A DNA stretch of 64,000 nucleotides, taken from Felis catus (lineage: Eukaryota). The notes beneath the pieces were generated by a model, which saw only the letters and a program-made list of their open reading frames with translations, was not told the DNA's origin and made no database searches. Numbering within the stretch: the stretch's first letter is position 1; every line of letters starts with the position of its first letter. The stretch is from the NCBI RefSeq assembly GCF_018350175.1, contig NC_058368.1:238454001-238518000 (forward strand). Direction: 5' to 3'. Positions 1 to 12,499 of this stretch are shown in pieces. The position numbers were made by a program, and so were the translations under genes.

Positions 1-2312
1 GTGGGCTGGGAGGGTGCGCCCCGAGGTGGCACTCACCCGTGAAACGGTTTTTACTTCTTTGCCCTGTTTCTTGTCGGAACTGGGTGTTGCCTCTCAAAGG
101 GTTCAAGTCACATTCGAAGCCGGGGGCTTCCGGGTGTGGCGGGAAGCAGCAGCCGCCATGGGCTGTGGGAACCGTGGCGGTGACAACGGGGTGTGCCTAC
201 CGCGGCCTCTGGGTACTCGGCACATTCACGTCCCCGCCGGGCACGGGCTTGACGGGGACGCGCACGCTCGGGAAGTCTCCATCAGGAACCGGGGGCAGAA
301 GAGGCGTCTCCGCGGCCCCGGCCAAGCCCCTGCTGCGCCCCCCGGAGCCGCCGGTGGGAGAGCGCCAGACCCCTGGCCTCGGCTGGTGGAGCGGCGCTCC
401 GAACGCTCGACGGGCACTGCCCGTCTGTCCCCTGTCCGCTCCCGCACACGCCTCCCGTCCGGGGTGCTGCCCCTGAGCCACCGCTCCAAACAGACGCGTT
501 ACCTTCTCCCCGGGACTAACCCGCCCGCGGACCTTCGCGTCCAGTCCTGGGCAGCGTGAACGCGGACGCGGTCACCCCCCGAATGTTGTCTAACGGAACA
601 CAGAGCTCACGTCCACCGCCGTTCACGTTCCCACCCACAGCACGGGGAGTCCACGGAGTGGGGGGAGTGAGTGAACGGCCAACCACCTGCGGCGTGTGCT
701 CCGTCGCACAAGCACACGCCGGGCACGCGCACACACCAGGCCAGGAAGGCGTCCGCGTGGCCGCTTACGGGGTTTCCCACCCGCACGCACGTGGCCTTGG
801 CTCCCGCCGTCCCCGGAAAGTGAGTGTCCTTACCTAGCCGAGCATCTCCGTCCCGAGGTATCTGGAGCCTTTATCAGCCAGGATCTTAGTGATGAAAGTG
901 CCCAGAGGGCCACGGGGCTCCGCCCTCCCCGTCCTGGGGGCCACTGAGCTCAGTGCGGGGGAGGGGGGCGGTCAGCTGTGTCCCCAGGCGGTGGCGCTCC
1001 ATCCTTAGGAACCATGACCTCAAAGCGAAGGAGCCCAAAGCCGCGAAGAGAAGCGGAAGTGCGTGACCGGCCTCCCGGGAACGAGGGCATCCGGCAGGTC
1101 CCCCCCTCGCCCCGGGGGACAGGCCACTTGCAGACCTGGCGGTGTCTGGGCGGCGAGCCGGTCCGCCGGGCGGACGGCACAGGGAGGGGCGGGGAGTCTG
1201 CGCAGGAAACACGTCAGCGCTGCTCCCGCTTCCCTGGCCAGAGAACCACGCGCAGCTGGAATCGGCTTGGGGGGGGGTGGGGGGGGGTGGGGGGGGGGGG
1301 TCTGTCCGGAGGAGGCACCTGCCATGAGACAAAACCACACCAGCCCCCTTCCCCCCCCCCCCCCCCCCCCCCCGTTACTACCAGGTGTCAGAAGAGCCGC
1401 CGCCCTGCCTGGGTCACAGGAGTGTCTCCTGCTAGGAAACAGCCCTCGGGACACGCCCACATCACGGGTGCCGCCCCCGGCCGGGTCCTGGTGCCTCGGG
1501 GCTCCTTCGTCCAGCAAGGCCAGCTGCTTCCGGGCTGGGGGAGCTCGGTAAGAGCAGGGGTGCAAGCGCACGCCCGGGCTTCCTTTGGCAAAGCCCCGCC
1601 CCTAGTGTCGCACACGACACGCCGTGCGGAAGGAAGCCCCCGGTTCAGTGTGCGGACGGTGCTGGCAGAGGTGCCCAGGGTAGAGGAGACAAACGCATCC
1701 CTGGAAGGAGCGTATTCAAATGAGGACGCGGCCTCCCTCGGTGAAGGAGGATCCAGGGTGATCGGCCGAACTCCAGGGAGCGGCAGCACCTCGGGGGCCA
1801 CGTCCGGGACCTGCTTCTGTCAAGGGGGAACCAGCGTGACCACATCGGCCCGGGGGTTAGGGTTGACCAACTCTGCTTCCTCTCAGTCCCCTTCCAGGGC
1901 CGCCCTGTGCAGGTGTCCACACGCTGCGTTGGCTGGGAGAAGAGGCAGCCGCCGTCCACCCCGTGTGTCCTGCCCTGGACCGAGTTCCAGAGACCAGACC
2001 CTTTGGGGAAAGTATTCTCAAGAAAATAGCAGTGTGCGGTCCCGGGGACACACGGGCCCAAAACAGAAGGAAACATTCAGTGTTCTGTCACTTGTGATGG
2101 AGTCCTGGAACAGGGAATATCAGAGCAAAAAAATTACTTGACAAAATAACAGCCAGGGTTTTTGCAAATCTATATACTCAGGCATCCCAGAAACACAAGA
2201 GGCCACAAGCAGAGTAACCGTAACATACAGCAAGCCGCACTGTAAGAAACAAACAAAGGCCACTTACAGAGAGGCCACTGTCCAAGCAGCCAGAGAAAGG
2301 AAACCTCCACGG

Positions 2313-3135
2313 CCTGCACATGGAGACCGTGTGCACGAGGACTGTGCACGTGGAGACCCTGTGCACGAGGACTGTGCACGTGGAGACCCTGTGCGCAAGG
2401 ACTGTGCACGAGGACTGTGCACGGTATTGTGCACATGGAGGCCCTGTGCACGAGGATTATGCATGTGGAGACCCTGTGCACGAGGACTGTGCGTGTGGAG
2501 ACCTTGTGCACGAGGACTGTGCACGGGGAGACCCTGTGCATGAGGACTGTTCACGAGATTGTGCATGTGAAGGCCCTGTGCACGAGGATTATGCGTGTGG
2601 AGACCGTGTGCACGAGGATTATGCACGTGAAGACTGTGTGAACAAGGACTTGCACGTGGAGGCCCTGTGCATGAGGACTGTGCACGTGGAGACCCTGTGC
2701 ACGAGGACTGTGCACGAGATTGTGCATGTGAAGGCCCTGTGCACAAGGACTGTGCACGTGGAGACCCTGTGCACGAGGACTGTGCATGAGATTGTGCATG
2801 TGAAGGCTCTGTGCACGAGGACTGTGCACGTGGAGGCCCTGTGCATGAGGACTGTGCACGAGGACTGTGCACGATATTGTGCACGTGGAGGCCCTGTGCA
2901 CGAGGATTATGCATGTGGAAACCCTGTGCACGAGGACTGTGCATATGGAGACCCTGTGCACAAGGACTGTGCGTGTGGAGACCTTGTGCACGAGGACTGT
3001 GCACGTGGAGGCCCTGTGCATGAGGACGGTGCACGAGATTGTGCATGTGAAGGCCCTGTGCGTAAGGATTATGCACATGGAGACCCTGTGCACGAGGACT
3101 GTGCACGTCGAGACCGTGTGCACGAGGATTGCAAG
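2313..3135. repeat. Minisatellite of alternating 13-bp (TGTGCACGAGGAC) and 17-bp (TGTGCACGTGGAGACCC) units
   Basis: Directly visible, with ~30-bp period and a higher-order duplication (2401.. matches 2851..). Confidence 0.95.
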
Positions 3136-4997
3136 GATTTGAAAGGAGAATAGGATCGATGTGCATCCTAAGCCCCCAAAGAAACCAAAATGTAGAACTA
3201 AGAAGCCAATAGCAGAAGTAAAATATCTTTTTAAATAATACTTTATCCAAACTAAGCAGGAAAGAGAAAAGGGAACAAAGGAGAGACGATACAAACAGAA
3301 ATCAGCAAACGGTAAATTTCGATCCAACCATCCCAATAATTATATCAAATATAGACTAAAAAATTCCTAAATAAGTTGCCAGACCAAATTTTTTAAAAAC
3401 CTAACCATTGCTATTTAAAGGTATATTGACAATGTTTAAATGGGAGGTGCACGTAGTGTGCAAACATAACCGTAAGGAAGTCTGTGTGGTCAGACTGTGG
3501 TCCCAGTGAGTGTGGAGGTGAGGGGTCACCTTCATGACCATCGAGGGCCCCGTTCAGTCGGAAGACACAATAGCCCCAAAGGTATATGTACCTAACGACG
3601 CGGCTCGAAATATACTTAGCGAACACTGGCCAAATTAAAAGGAGAGATCAAGAAATCAGCAAATCTAGTTGGAGGCTTTAACACAGCTCTCTCGGTAATC
3701 AATAGAACCACCAGGGAAAGAGACATAATTATGGAGGAAATTCGAACAACCCCATTTACTAAATTGACTGAATTGCTCTTTCAAGCGCGTGTGAAGCCAC
3801 GGACAAAACAGACGCGATGCTGGGCTAGAGGTGCATCTCCATAAACTTGGAAGTATTTGCACCGTGAGGAGTATGTGCCTCCTGGGACCGAGGCTGCAGA
3901 ACACGGGCTCCGCCGGCTGCAGCCCGGCCCAACTGACCGCACTGGAGACCGGGTGTCTCCCGGGGGCCGAGCGGGGCTCCTCCCCGAACGTGGGGTCAGT
4001 CCCTGCCGGGTGATACCGCCAAGGGCCGGTCGGGCCGATCAATTCTTTTGAAGTGAATAGAAGTTAACGTGTCCACAGTTTTGCAACTAGTGGCTATGGA
4101 GGAACCAAGACTGCCTTGGGTCACCCTCCCTCCGGGAACAAGCCGTCACGGAGGAAACACTGAGGAGGCACCAGCCCTGGACAAACGCTGCGCTGACCCG
4201 GCCGAACACAGCTTAAAAGCACGACCTGGAAGAGTGAGCGGGCTGTTTGTAAGTGACTTACCTGTAGCCCCAGTAGAAGTGCCAGAATACTCTCAGGAAT
4301 GCAAAATTGTGCAGCACCCGACACGGTAAAATTCACAATGCCTGCCATCCAGTCGGAAATCACCGGGATGCGAGAAAGCGGAAAAGAGATCTCTCGTCAA
4401 CAGAACCAGCCCTGGCAGTGGCTCGGGTGATCGGATTTGCGGACCAGGCACTGACAGCTTGTCTCACTACACAACCGTATCACCTGCTCAGAAACCTTGT
4501 GGAGCCAACATGTAACGTGTTCAGTGGAGAATTAAAAATATCTTCTGAAAGACACAAATCTAAATTCTAGAGAAGAGAACGACAGTGTTTGAGATGCGAA
4601 GGCACGTTTGGGATTAAGGGTGGATTTGACATCGCAAAAGACGCGGCAAGTAAACTTCAAGATAAAGCCATACGAACAGCTCAAAACGAAATAGAGAAAA
4701 AAGAAAGAATTGAACCCTGCATCAGTGAGCAGTAGGAGCTCCAGCTGGGTCCCCAGAGGAAAAGGGCAAAGAAAAATATTTAAAGAAATAACTTTCCAAA
4801 TCCGATTCAAACTGCAAACCCACGGATCCCATTTGCTCGGTGAGCTCTAAGCACAGGAACCATGACAGAAACTATACCAGGCACATCATGATGGCTAAAA
4901 GACAGTGGGGCGAGGGCTTTAGGGTGGGGAAACAGAAGACCACCAACCCAGGATTCTTTACTCAGCAAAGATATCAGAGAAAACAGAGAAATAAATG

Positions 4998-5205
4998 TTT
5001 TTTGAGAGAGAGAGAGAGAAAGAGAGAACGAGAGCACACACGAGTGAGTGGGGCCGGTGGGGGGGGGGGGGTCGGGAGGTGGACAGAGGGAGAGAGAATC
5101 TCAATCAAGCCCAACTCGAGGGGCTGGATCCCAGGACTCTGGGATCATGACCTGAGCCAAGATCAAGATTCAGACGCTCAACCGCCTGAGCCACCCACCG
5201 CCCCG
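4998..5205 (-). mobile_element. Can-SINE (older subfamily)
   Basis: (GA)n tract, gatcatgacctgagccaagatcaag...acgctcaaccgcctgagccaccca. Confidence 0.85.
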
Positions 5206-6543
5206 AGATGTCCTTAGACTTAAAAAAGCTGAGAGAATTCATCGCCCACAGACCCTACCTCAAAGAAATACTAAAGTTAGTCCTTAAAGCAGAAGGACAA
5301 TGATACGGTTTTGAAATCTGGACCGACAGAGAAGGAGGTCCCGAGATGAGAATTACACTTCTTTTCTCATTATTTAAATCTTTTTAAAAGACAATCGACG
5401 GCCTGAAGGAAACCCGACTCCACGTGCTTGGGTCCCCAGCGTGCAGAGGCCACACGTTTGACCACAACGTCACAACGACCGGGAGGGGAAAGCAAGTGCC
5501 TGCAGAGTCCTCCCCCGGTGTGAGGAGGGGGTCACATCATTCAACGGAAGACTGGGACAGGCGCCGAAGTAACACAACAAAGAGACGTAGCTGATGATCC
5601 CAACAAGAGGGGAAGTTGAATTTTAAAAAAACGACTCGACCCGAAAGAAGGCAGAAAAGGAGGAAAAAGGGAACAGAGAACACTTTGGAAAAATAGAAAA
5701 CAGATGGCAGATGGTAGGTTTGAACCCAACCATATCAACATTCCCATCAAACGTAGATGATCTCAACACCCGCTCCACCCCAGTGACGGGAGAAACTAAG
5801 GATTGGGCTGAAAAGCAAGACCTAACTACATGATGCCTGAAAGAAACACCCTTGAAATAATGGGTTAAAGGGCAAAGGACAGATGCTGACGCTACTGGAA
5901 AGAAGGAGGAGTGATGGTCCTAGCATCAAAGTCCATTTCGGAGCAGAGGTTATTAGGGTTCAGCTCCCCAGGAGGACAGAACGGTCCTACGTGTGTGACC
6001 CACACAGAGCTTCATGATCGGTGGGACCGGGACACGCAGAGCCGCAGGAGAAACGGGCGGGTCCACACAATCCACCTGGGGTCTCGGCACCCGCCTCCCA
6101 ACCCGGATTGGACGAGTGTGCAGAAGTGCACAAGGATACAGACGACAGAAACCGTAAAACCAGCTTGCCCTGTTTGCGTTTGCCTATCACCCAGTGACAC
6201 AGAATGTACCTTTTCAAATGCGTGTGAAGCACCTACCAAGATCGTCCGTACTCTAGAATATAAGATGAGTCCCAACAAACTTAAAAGGATCCAAGTGTGT
6301 TCTCCAATGAGAAAGTAAGTAAATTAGGTACCAATACAAGAGATACATCCAGAAAAGAATAAAATATACACAGAAAATCCTCAAATATTTGGAGACTAAT
6401 TTGGCACATCTATAAATGACAATGGTTCCAAGAGGGAGTCAAAAGGGAAATTAGGAAATATTTTGAAATGAATGTAAACAAAAATATTTCAAACTTTACG
6501 AACTTTATGGCATCAAATGCTTAGATTTAAAAAGAACAAAGGT

Positions 6544-6763
6544 GGGGCGCCTGGGTGGCGCAGTCGGTTAAGCGTCCGACTTCAGCCAGGTCACGATCTC
6601 GCGGTCCGGGAGTTCGAGCCCCGCGTTGGGCTCTGGGCTGATGGCTCAGAGCCTGGAGCCTGCTTCCGATTCTGTGTCTCCCTCTCTCTCTGCCCCTCCC
6701 CCGTTCATGCTCTGTCTCTCTCTGTCCCAAAAATAAATAAACGTTGAAAAAAAAAATTTTTTT
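6544..6763 (+). mobile_element. Young felid Can-SINE (SINEC_Fc-type) with 13-bp TSD
   Basis: GGGGCGCCTGGGTGGCGCAGTCGGTTAAGCG head, (CT)n, A tail; TSD AAAGAACAAAGGT at 6531-6543 and 6764-6776. Confidence 0.95.
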
Positions 6764-6974
6764 AAAGAACAAAGGTCACGAACGAGTGACAGCCTCCACC
6801 GAAAGCAATCCCAGCAGGATTTTTTTATGGAAATTGGAATGTTGCCTCTAAAATTCATACAAAAATGAAAATGACCCAGAATAGTCAAAACAGCTTTGAA
6901 AGAGGACAAAGTTGTGTGACTTTTATTACCTGATGTAAGAATGCACCACAACACAACAGTGACCAAGATAGTGC

Positions 6975-7310
6975 TGTACTAGTCAGCTCAGCCACCGTAA
7001 CAAAAACACCATAGACTGCATGGCTCAAACCACAGCAAGTTATTTTTGCACAGAGGCCGGGAAGTCCAAGACCAAGGTCTGTGCAGTTCAGTTCCTGGTG
7101 AGAGCTCTCTTCCTGATCGCAGAGGGCCGACCGATGTCTGGCTGTGTCTTCACGTGGTGGGCGGGGAGAGGGGTCATCCCTGGTTACGAGGCCACAGTCC
7201 AATTGGACTGATGACCGCATTTAACTTTGCCTCCTAAAGACCCCATCTCCCATACAGTCACCCTGGGGTTAGGGCATTTTGGGGGCGGGGGGACACGATT
7301 TGTCCATAGC
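6975..7310 (-). mobile_element. MaLR LTR (MLT1-like) remnant
   Basis: Typical MLT1 motifs: gtaacaaaaacaccatagact...gaagtccaagaccaagg...taaagaccccatctcccatacagtcaccctggggttaggg. Confidence 0.75.
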
Positions 7311-8600
7311 AAGAGTGGAACCAACAACAAAATGGAGGAACAGGTCAAGGAAACAGCTGAGAAATAACCCCACACCCACATATAGGGCAACGAATTTTTC
7401 AACCAAAGTGGAAAGGCAGGTCAGTGGAGAAAAGATGTCTTTTCCGCAAACTCAGCAGAAGCTACGGGCTGCCCACCTGTAGAATAGCGAACTTTTGTCC
7501 TTATCTCGACCACGTCAATTAAAATGGGTCATCTACCTAAATGTGCGACCTGAAATTTCAAACATTTCAAAGAAAAACTTGGTGAAAATTTTTGTGATCT
7601 TGGGTTAGGCGAATATTTCCCAAATACAGCACTTAAAAGCAAGATCCATAAAAGAAAAAAAAAAGTAAATGAGGCTTCATCAAAATTAGTGTCTTGTTTT
7701 TTGACAAACTCCACGAAGGGAATGAAAACATAATCCAAGACTGGGGAAAGGGTTTGCAAATTACCCATCTGATAAAGGATTTATAGCTGAAGCATGTAAA
7801 GAACTCTTAAAACTCGAGAATAATGAAACAATCCAACGTGCAAAATGTTTGAACAGACACGGACGAGAACTTGATGGCAGCCACACACAGGGAGATTGCT
7901 GAAACATCTCTGTCGCTAGAGACATGACAGCTTAAACTAGGAGACACTATTACACAGCAATTAGGACAGCTGAAGTTAAAAAGACTGACCATGCTAGGTG
8001 TTGCAAGGATGCGGACCAACTGAAACTCTTATACGTGCTTCACAGAAAAGTAAAATGGTATAACCACTTTGCAAAACAACCTGGCAGTTTTTTAAAATAG
8101 ACACACATCTACCAGATGACTCAGCCGCCCCACAACTAAGTGCTCACCCAAGGGAAATGAAAGCATATGTCCATACAAAGTCCTGTACACAAATGTACAT
8201 AGTAATCTTATTTATAATATCCTAACGCCCATCAACAGGTGGAGGGTGCATGGGCAATGCTGGAAGTATATAGTATTTCAGCAAGAAAAGGAATTAACTG
8301 CTGATTCACACCATGACATAGAGTCATCTCAAATATGCTGAGTGGAAAAGAACATCTTAAAAAACAGTGCTTACTGTATAGCTGCAAGTATATAAGATTC
8401 TAGGGAACATAATCTAGAGCTACCGCATCAGAGGTTGCCTGGGATGGGGTGGGATCAAAATGGATCACCAAGGAAGGGGGAGCTTGAGAAGGACGAACAT
8501 ATCATCATCCCGATTGTGCTCATGTTTCCACAGCCACACCAATAACCTATCAAACTACACTTGAAATGTGTTTGTTGTGTATAGCTCAACAAATCTGTTT

Positions 8601-8814
8601 CTTTTTTAACATTTATTCATTTTTTAAGAGACAGAGAGACAGAGCACGACTGGGGGAGGGGCAGAGAGAGAGACACACACACACAGAATCCGAAGCAGGT
8701 TCCAGGCTCTGAGCTGTCAGCACAGAGCCCGACGCAGGGCTCGAACTCACAAACCGCGAGATCATGACCTGAACCAAAGTCATACGCTCAACCGACGGAG
8801 CCACCCAGCACCCC
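8601..8814 (-). mobile_element. Can-SINE (felid type)
   Basis: Antisense SINE body gaatccgaagcaggttccaggctctgagctgtcagcacagagcccgac. Confidence 0.92.
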
Positions 8815-8919
8815 AAAAACAACGCTGTTTTTAAAAAGAGGACACAAGTGGCAAAATAATGACAGAAACAGTAAAATCGGTTTTCTTAGGATGGTGGGAT
8901 TATGAATGGTGGTTCCTCT

Positions 8920-9430
8920 GTCCCCCATTTTCATTCTTCTTTTTTAAGACTGTTTTGGTTGCAGTTGTCATTTCCATCTCCATGTATTTTCTAGAATCTG
9001 TTGGTACATTTCTTCAAAAACAGCAAGATCGAATTCTGGTTAGTATCCAGTTGAATCTGTACATTAATTTGAGAACTGACATCTTAATAGTGAGCCTTTC
9101 CACCATGAACATGGTATACCTGTCCACTGATTTAAGCCTTTGTAGTTTCTCAGCAACGTATTCTAGTTTTTAACACAGAGTAGGTTTTTTTATGAGATCT
9201 GCACATATTTTAGGCCGAGGCGTTTGTTTTGGGTGGTACTGCAAGTGAAATTATTTTAAATTGTGTTTTACAGTTGATTGCTGCTGGTCTATAGAAATAC
9301 AATTGACTTATGTTACACCCCACGACCTTGCAAAATTCACTTATTAATTCTAGTAGTTGATTTTAGGATTCCTTAAGACTTTCTGCATAATTATGCAGTC
9401 TGCCAATAAAGATTTTGTCATCAACTTCTT
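8920..9430 (-). mobile_element. Antisense LINE-1 ORF2 remnant
   Basis: T-rich L1-like text (ttgaatctgtacattaatttgagaactgacatcttaatag). Confidence 0.65.
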
Positions 9431-10079
9431 AATTTCCTTTGAAGTCTCTTACGATACAACCAAACCATTAGCCAATGCCCATGAGTCAATTGAGACCTCT
9501 CTCTGGCCATCCCTCCGTCTTGGCTAAGTAACAACCTGACACACTGCTTGCTTCTCTGCCCACTGGGAATGTTTCCTGCACCGGTGCCTTCTGAGTGTCC
9601 CTGCAATGCTGCAGCCCTCCACCTCCTGGTGGGGTCAGTGTGTAGTCTACAACATATGGGATCCCCGTGTGCTTCCTCAGGCAGCCATGAAGCTAGAGGT
9701 AGGGGCTACACTCGTGCAACAAGAGCGGGCCCTCGTCCGTGCACCCTCGTGTGTCCCTCGTCCGTGCAGCCTTGTGTGTCTTCAGCACCTACTCGAGCAT
9801 GATTCCGTAGATATAGCTTCCATTTCATGATGGCAGGTTGCTGTCAATACCAAACTTTATGGGTTTGTGAGTTGGTTTATGATGGGCTGTTGAGGTTATG
9901 TGCTAACTTAGAGTTCCATAAGTTTCTGCATGACTCAGGAACACACCCATTCAAAAGGAGAATACGTATTTTAAGAAGAGTATTTGGCTATTCTCCAAAA
10001 CTCTACGTGTCTGCACTGTGGTCACCTACAGACGCTCCACACCAGAGGCTCCATCTTCTAGAAACCCCTCCCACCCTAT

Positions 10080-10280
10080 TGGTTCTGCTGAGAGGGGGTC
10101 CCTGAACCCACAGCATGAGTACCACCCGGGAACTTGTCAGAAATGAAAGTTCTCAGGTTCCACCTTAGACCTACTGAATCTAAATCTGAGGGTGAGCCCC
10201 AGAGATCTGTGCTTAATGCACCATAAACACAGTTTATTTAGGGGATTTCAATACATGCTACAGTCTGAGAATAATCACAC
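10080..10280. mobile_element. MER5-like hAT-Charlie DNA transposon remnant
   Basis: gggaacttgtcagaaatgaaagttctcaggttccaccttagacctactgaatc...ccccagagatctgtgcttaa. Confidence 0.75.
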
Positions 10281-11619
10281 CCTTACGGAACCCTTCCTGC
10301 TCTGGGCTCTCCTCGAAATTGAACACATTGGGGGTAACTCAGGAAATGGGTCAGAGATGCATTCCCAACTGGAAACCCCAAAACCCAAAGACATTCACCA
10401 CATATGCTGATTCTTCCTTAGAAGTAGATCGCCAGATGTAGCTAGCTTTTATTTGGATGTGTATCTTGCCCGGTCCCAAACTGTGGACCCCTAGAAATTG
10501 CACCAAGATGGCAAGCTTTGGAATATTTATGTTTCTATTTTTTCCCGATCCTTAGTATGCTTGTGTCTCACTGAGGCATCTTGGTATTTTCTATTTCTTG
10601 CTCACCTGGTTGATTCAGCACACCGTTGGCGATGTGGACCAATGTCGTGCGCTGTGGAGTGGGTGACAGGCGATAACTGTCTGTGGACTGGACGTGACGG
10701 TGAGCTGGAGGGTTGACATAGTACTGACACGGGGGGCGTACTGCTCTCCCTGCCATGTGAGGGGAAACCGGCCTTAGGGTCTTTCCGCACAACCGTTGGG
10801 GTGGGGGGCACTCACTGCATCGGTGGCTGCATAGACCAGGATGTGAGTTGAGTTACCGCAGTTAGGAAACCAGCCCTGAAGGTGGAGCTGAGCCCTCACG
10901 AGCAGCTAAAGCAGGTGGTTCTGAAAAGGTGTGAGGGGGCGGCCAAGAATTGAACAGGTGCCATCAGAGCTGGCGGCATGCCTCTGGGGGGTAACGGCTT
11001 CCACTTTGCTTCCCGCTGTCTGGTCACTTATGACTGTCTCTTACCGGCAAATTCTAACCTAGAACCGTATGGGGCAGGGACTCCAGGACGTAGAGTTCCT
11101 GGTTCCTCCTTTGTGGTGCAGAGGAGATCCGAGAAGCAGGCGGTGGTGAGGTCAAGATGATAAAATAGAAGACAGAGCGCGTGGGGTCCTGGACACGGGG
11201 GCGTGGTGAAGGAGAGCGTGTCCGAAGTTCCCAGAGTCAAGGTCATGGGAAATGCCGGGACGATGGCGGGTGCCAGGACTGAAGGGCCAGCTGTTCTACC
11301 GGGCAGAGGCAGGAGGCTCTAAATCCCAACTGCCTCCCAAGGCTTAAAAGACGTAAAGGTGATTTATACCTTTGCGGGAGAGTTTGGAGTTGAATTAATG
11401 ACAGGAGCGTGGAAAATGAACGAATGAGAAAACAGGTAATAATTAATTCAAGGGACAGCAAAAAAAATTCCAAGAAGGGAAATGAAATCCTAGGACGGTG
11501 CAGCTCCGTGTGAATAACATCAACACCTCAGTCCGGAGCTGTTACCCACAGACAGTCTGTGCGCCTCCAAAACCGGAGCCTTAACTCCCAGGGGCCCCAG
11601 TGTCGTGCACTGGCCGGAG

Positions 11620-12360
11620 GGGTCTGGGGAGCTGACTGGGGGTAGACGAGGTCAGGCGGGAGGGGCCCGCGATGGGATCAGTGCCCTTTCGAGGAGAGGC
11701 CGGGAAGTGCACTCTGTCCATCCATCTCCACACCCCACTCGTCTCTCCTCCCCCAGCACCCCTGCCCGCCCACCACGTGAGCGCAAGCCCGAGAGGCTCT
11801 CCGGACGCAGACCTGACCGGCACCCTGACCTCAGGCTTGCGGACTCCAGAACTGAGAGAAGTGGACGTGTGTCCGTATGTCTGAACTCCCGCCCCCCCCC
11901 CACCGTGTGCCTTGGCTTCCCTTGTTGGAAAGAAAACCTTTCTGTCGTCCTTGTTGATTAAAGCTCTGTCGCTCGGCCACTTCTTTCCCTGAAACCCGAG
12001 TTGTTGAGCCTGTGTGGGGAGAGGCAGCCCTTGAGCGACGGCCACGGCCGGGTGACGCATTCAGGGTGGTCTGGCCCCATCTTCTGAACTCCCTGTCACC
12101 TCCCTGAGTTCTGGGGACTGAGTTGTGTCTCTGTCACAGTCGCGTGTTGAGATCCTACCCCTCTGGGGGTGCTTAGGTCATGAGGGTGCAGGGAGCTCCC
12201 TCCAGGTGCAGATGCAGAGACCGCTAGGGACCAGGACCGGGTCGCCACTGAGTGCCTTGACCCTGAGTTGACAGCCTCCACAACGGGGACAAATAAATTT
12301 CTTTGGTTCATAAGCCTCCCGTCCTGTGGTATTTTTATTCCTGTGGCCACGCAGCCTGAG
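11620..12360 (+). mobile_element. Two degraded MaLR (MLT1-like) LTR remnants (~11620-11920, ~12110-12360)
   Basis: gatgggatcagtgcccttt; ggcaccctgacctcagg...ctccagaactgagagaa; aaataaatttctttggttcataagcc...tgtggtattt. Confidence 0.6.
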
Positions 12361-12499
12361 GCCCCCAGTCTGCCTGGTTGTGGTTGGGTCTGGGAGAGCA
12401 GTTCCCGGGGCTCCAGGGAAGGGTCCTGGGTTAGCAGGAAGCGGGGTGAAAGCAGTGAGGGCGGCCTCGGGGCTGGGGCTGGAGCGCAGTGCTGGCATG

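Larger units (their letters stand above)
3150..8590 (+). mobile_element. Degraded LINE-1 fragments (ORF1/ORF2/3' end remnants), interrupted by SINEs and an LTR
   Basis: A-rich + strand with L1-like motifs (e.g. ctaaaattcatacaaaaatg, aaaatggtataaccactttgcaaaac, gggaaatgaaagcatatgtccatacaaag). No intact ORF; boundaries approximate. Confidence 0.75.

Noticed and set aside
978..2141. 387-aa ORF or possible 3' exons of the neighbouring gene (LPCAT1 by human synteny)
   Set aside because: No recognisable protein similarity. The ORF passes through poly-G and poly-C runs and ends in L1-like sequence.
2320..3153. 277-aa Cys/His-rich repeat ORF resembling a metal-binding protein
   Set aside because: Product of a 30-bp-period minisatellite open in several frames on both strands, with no promoter, splice or polyA support.
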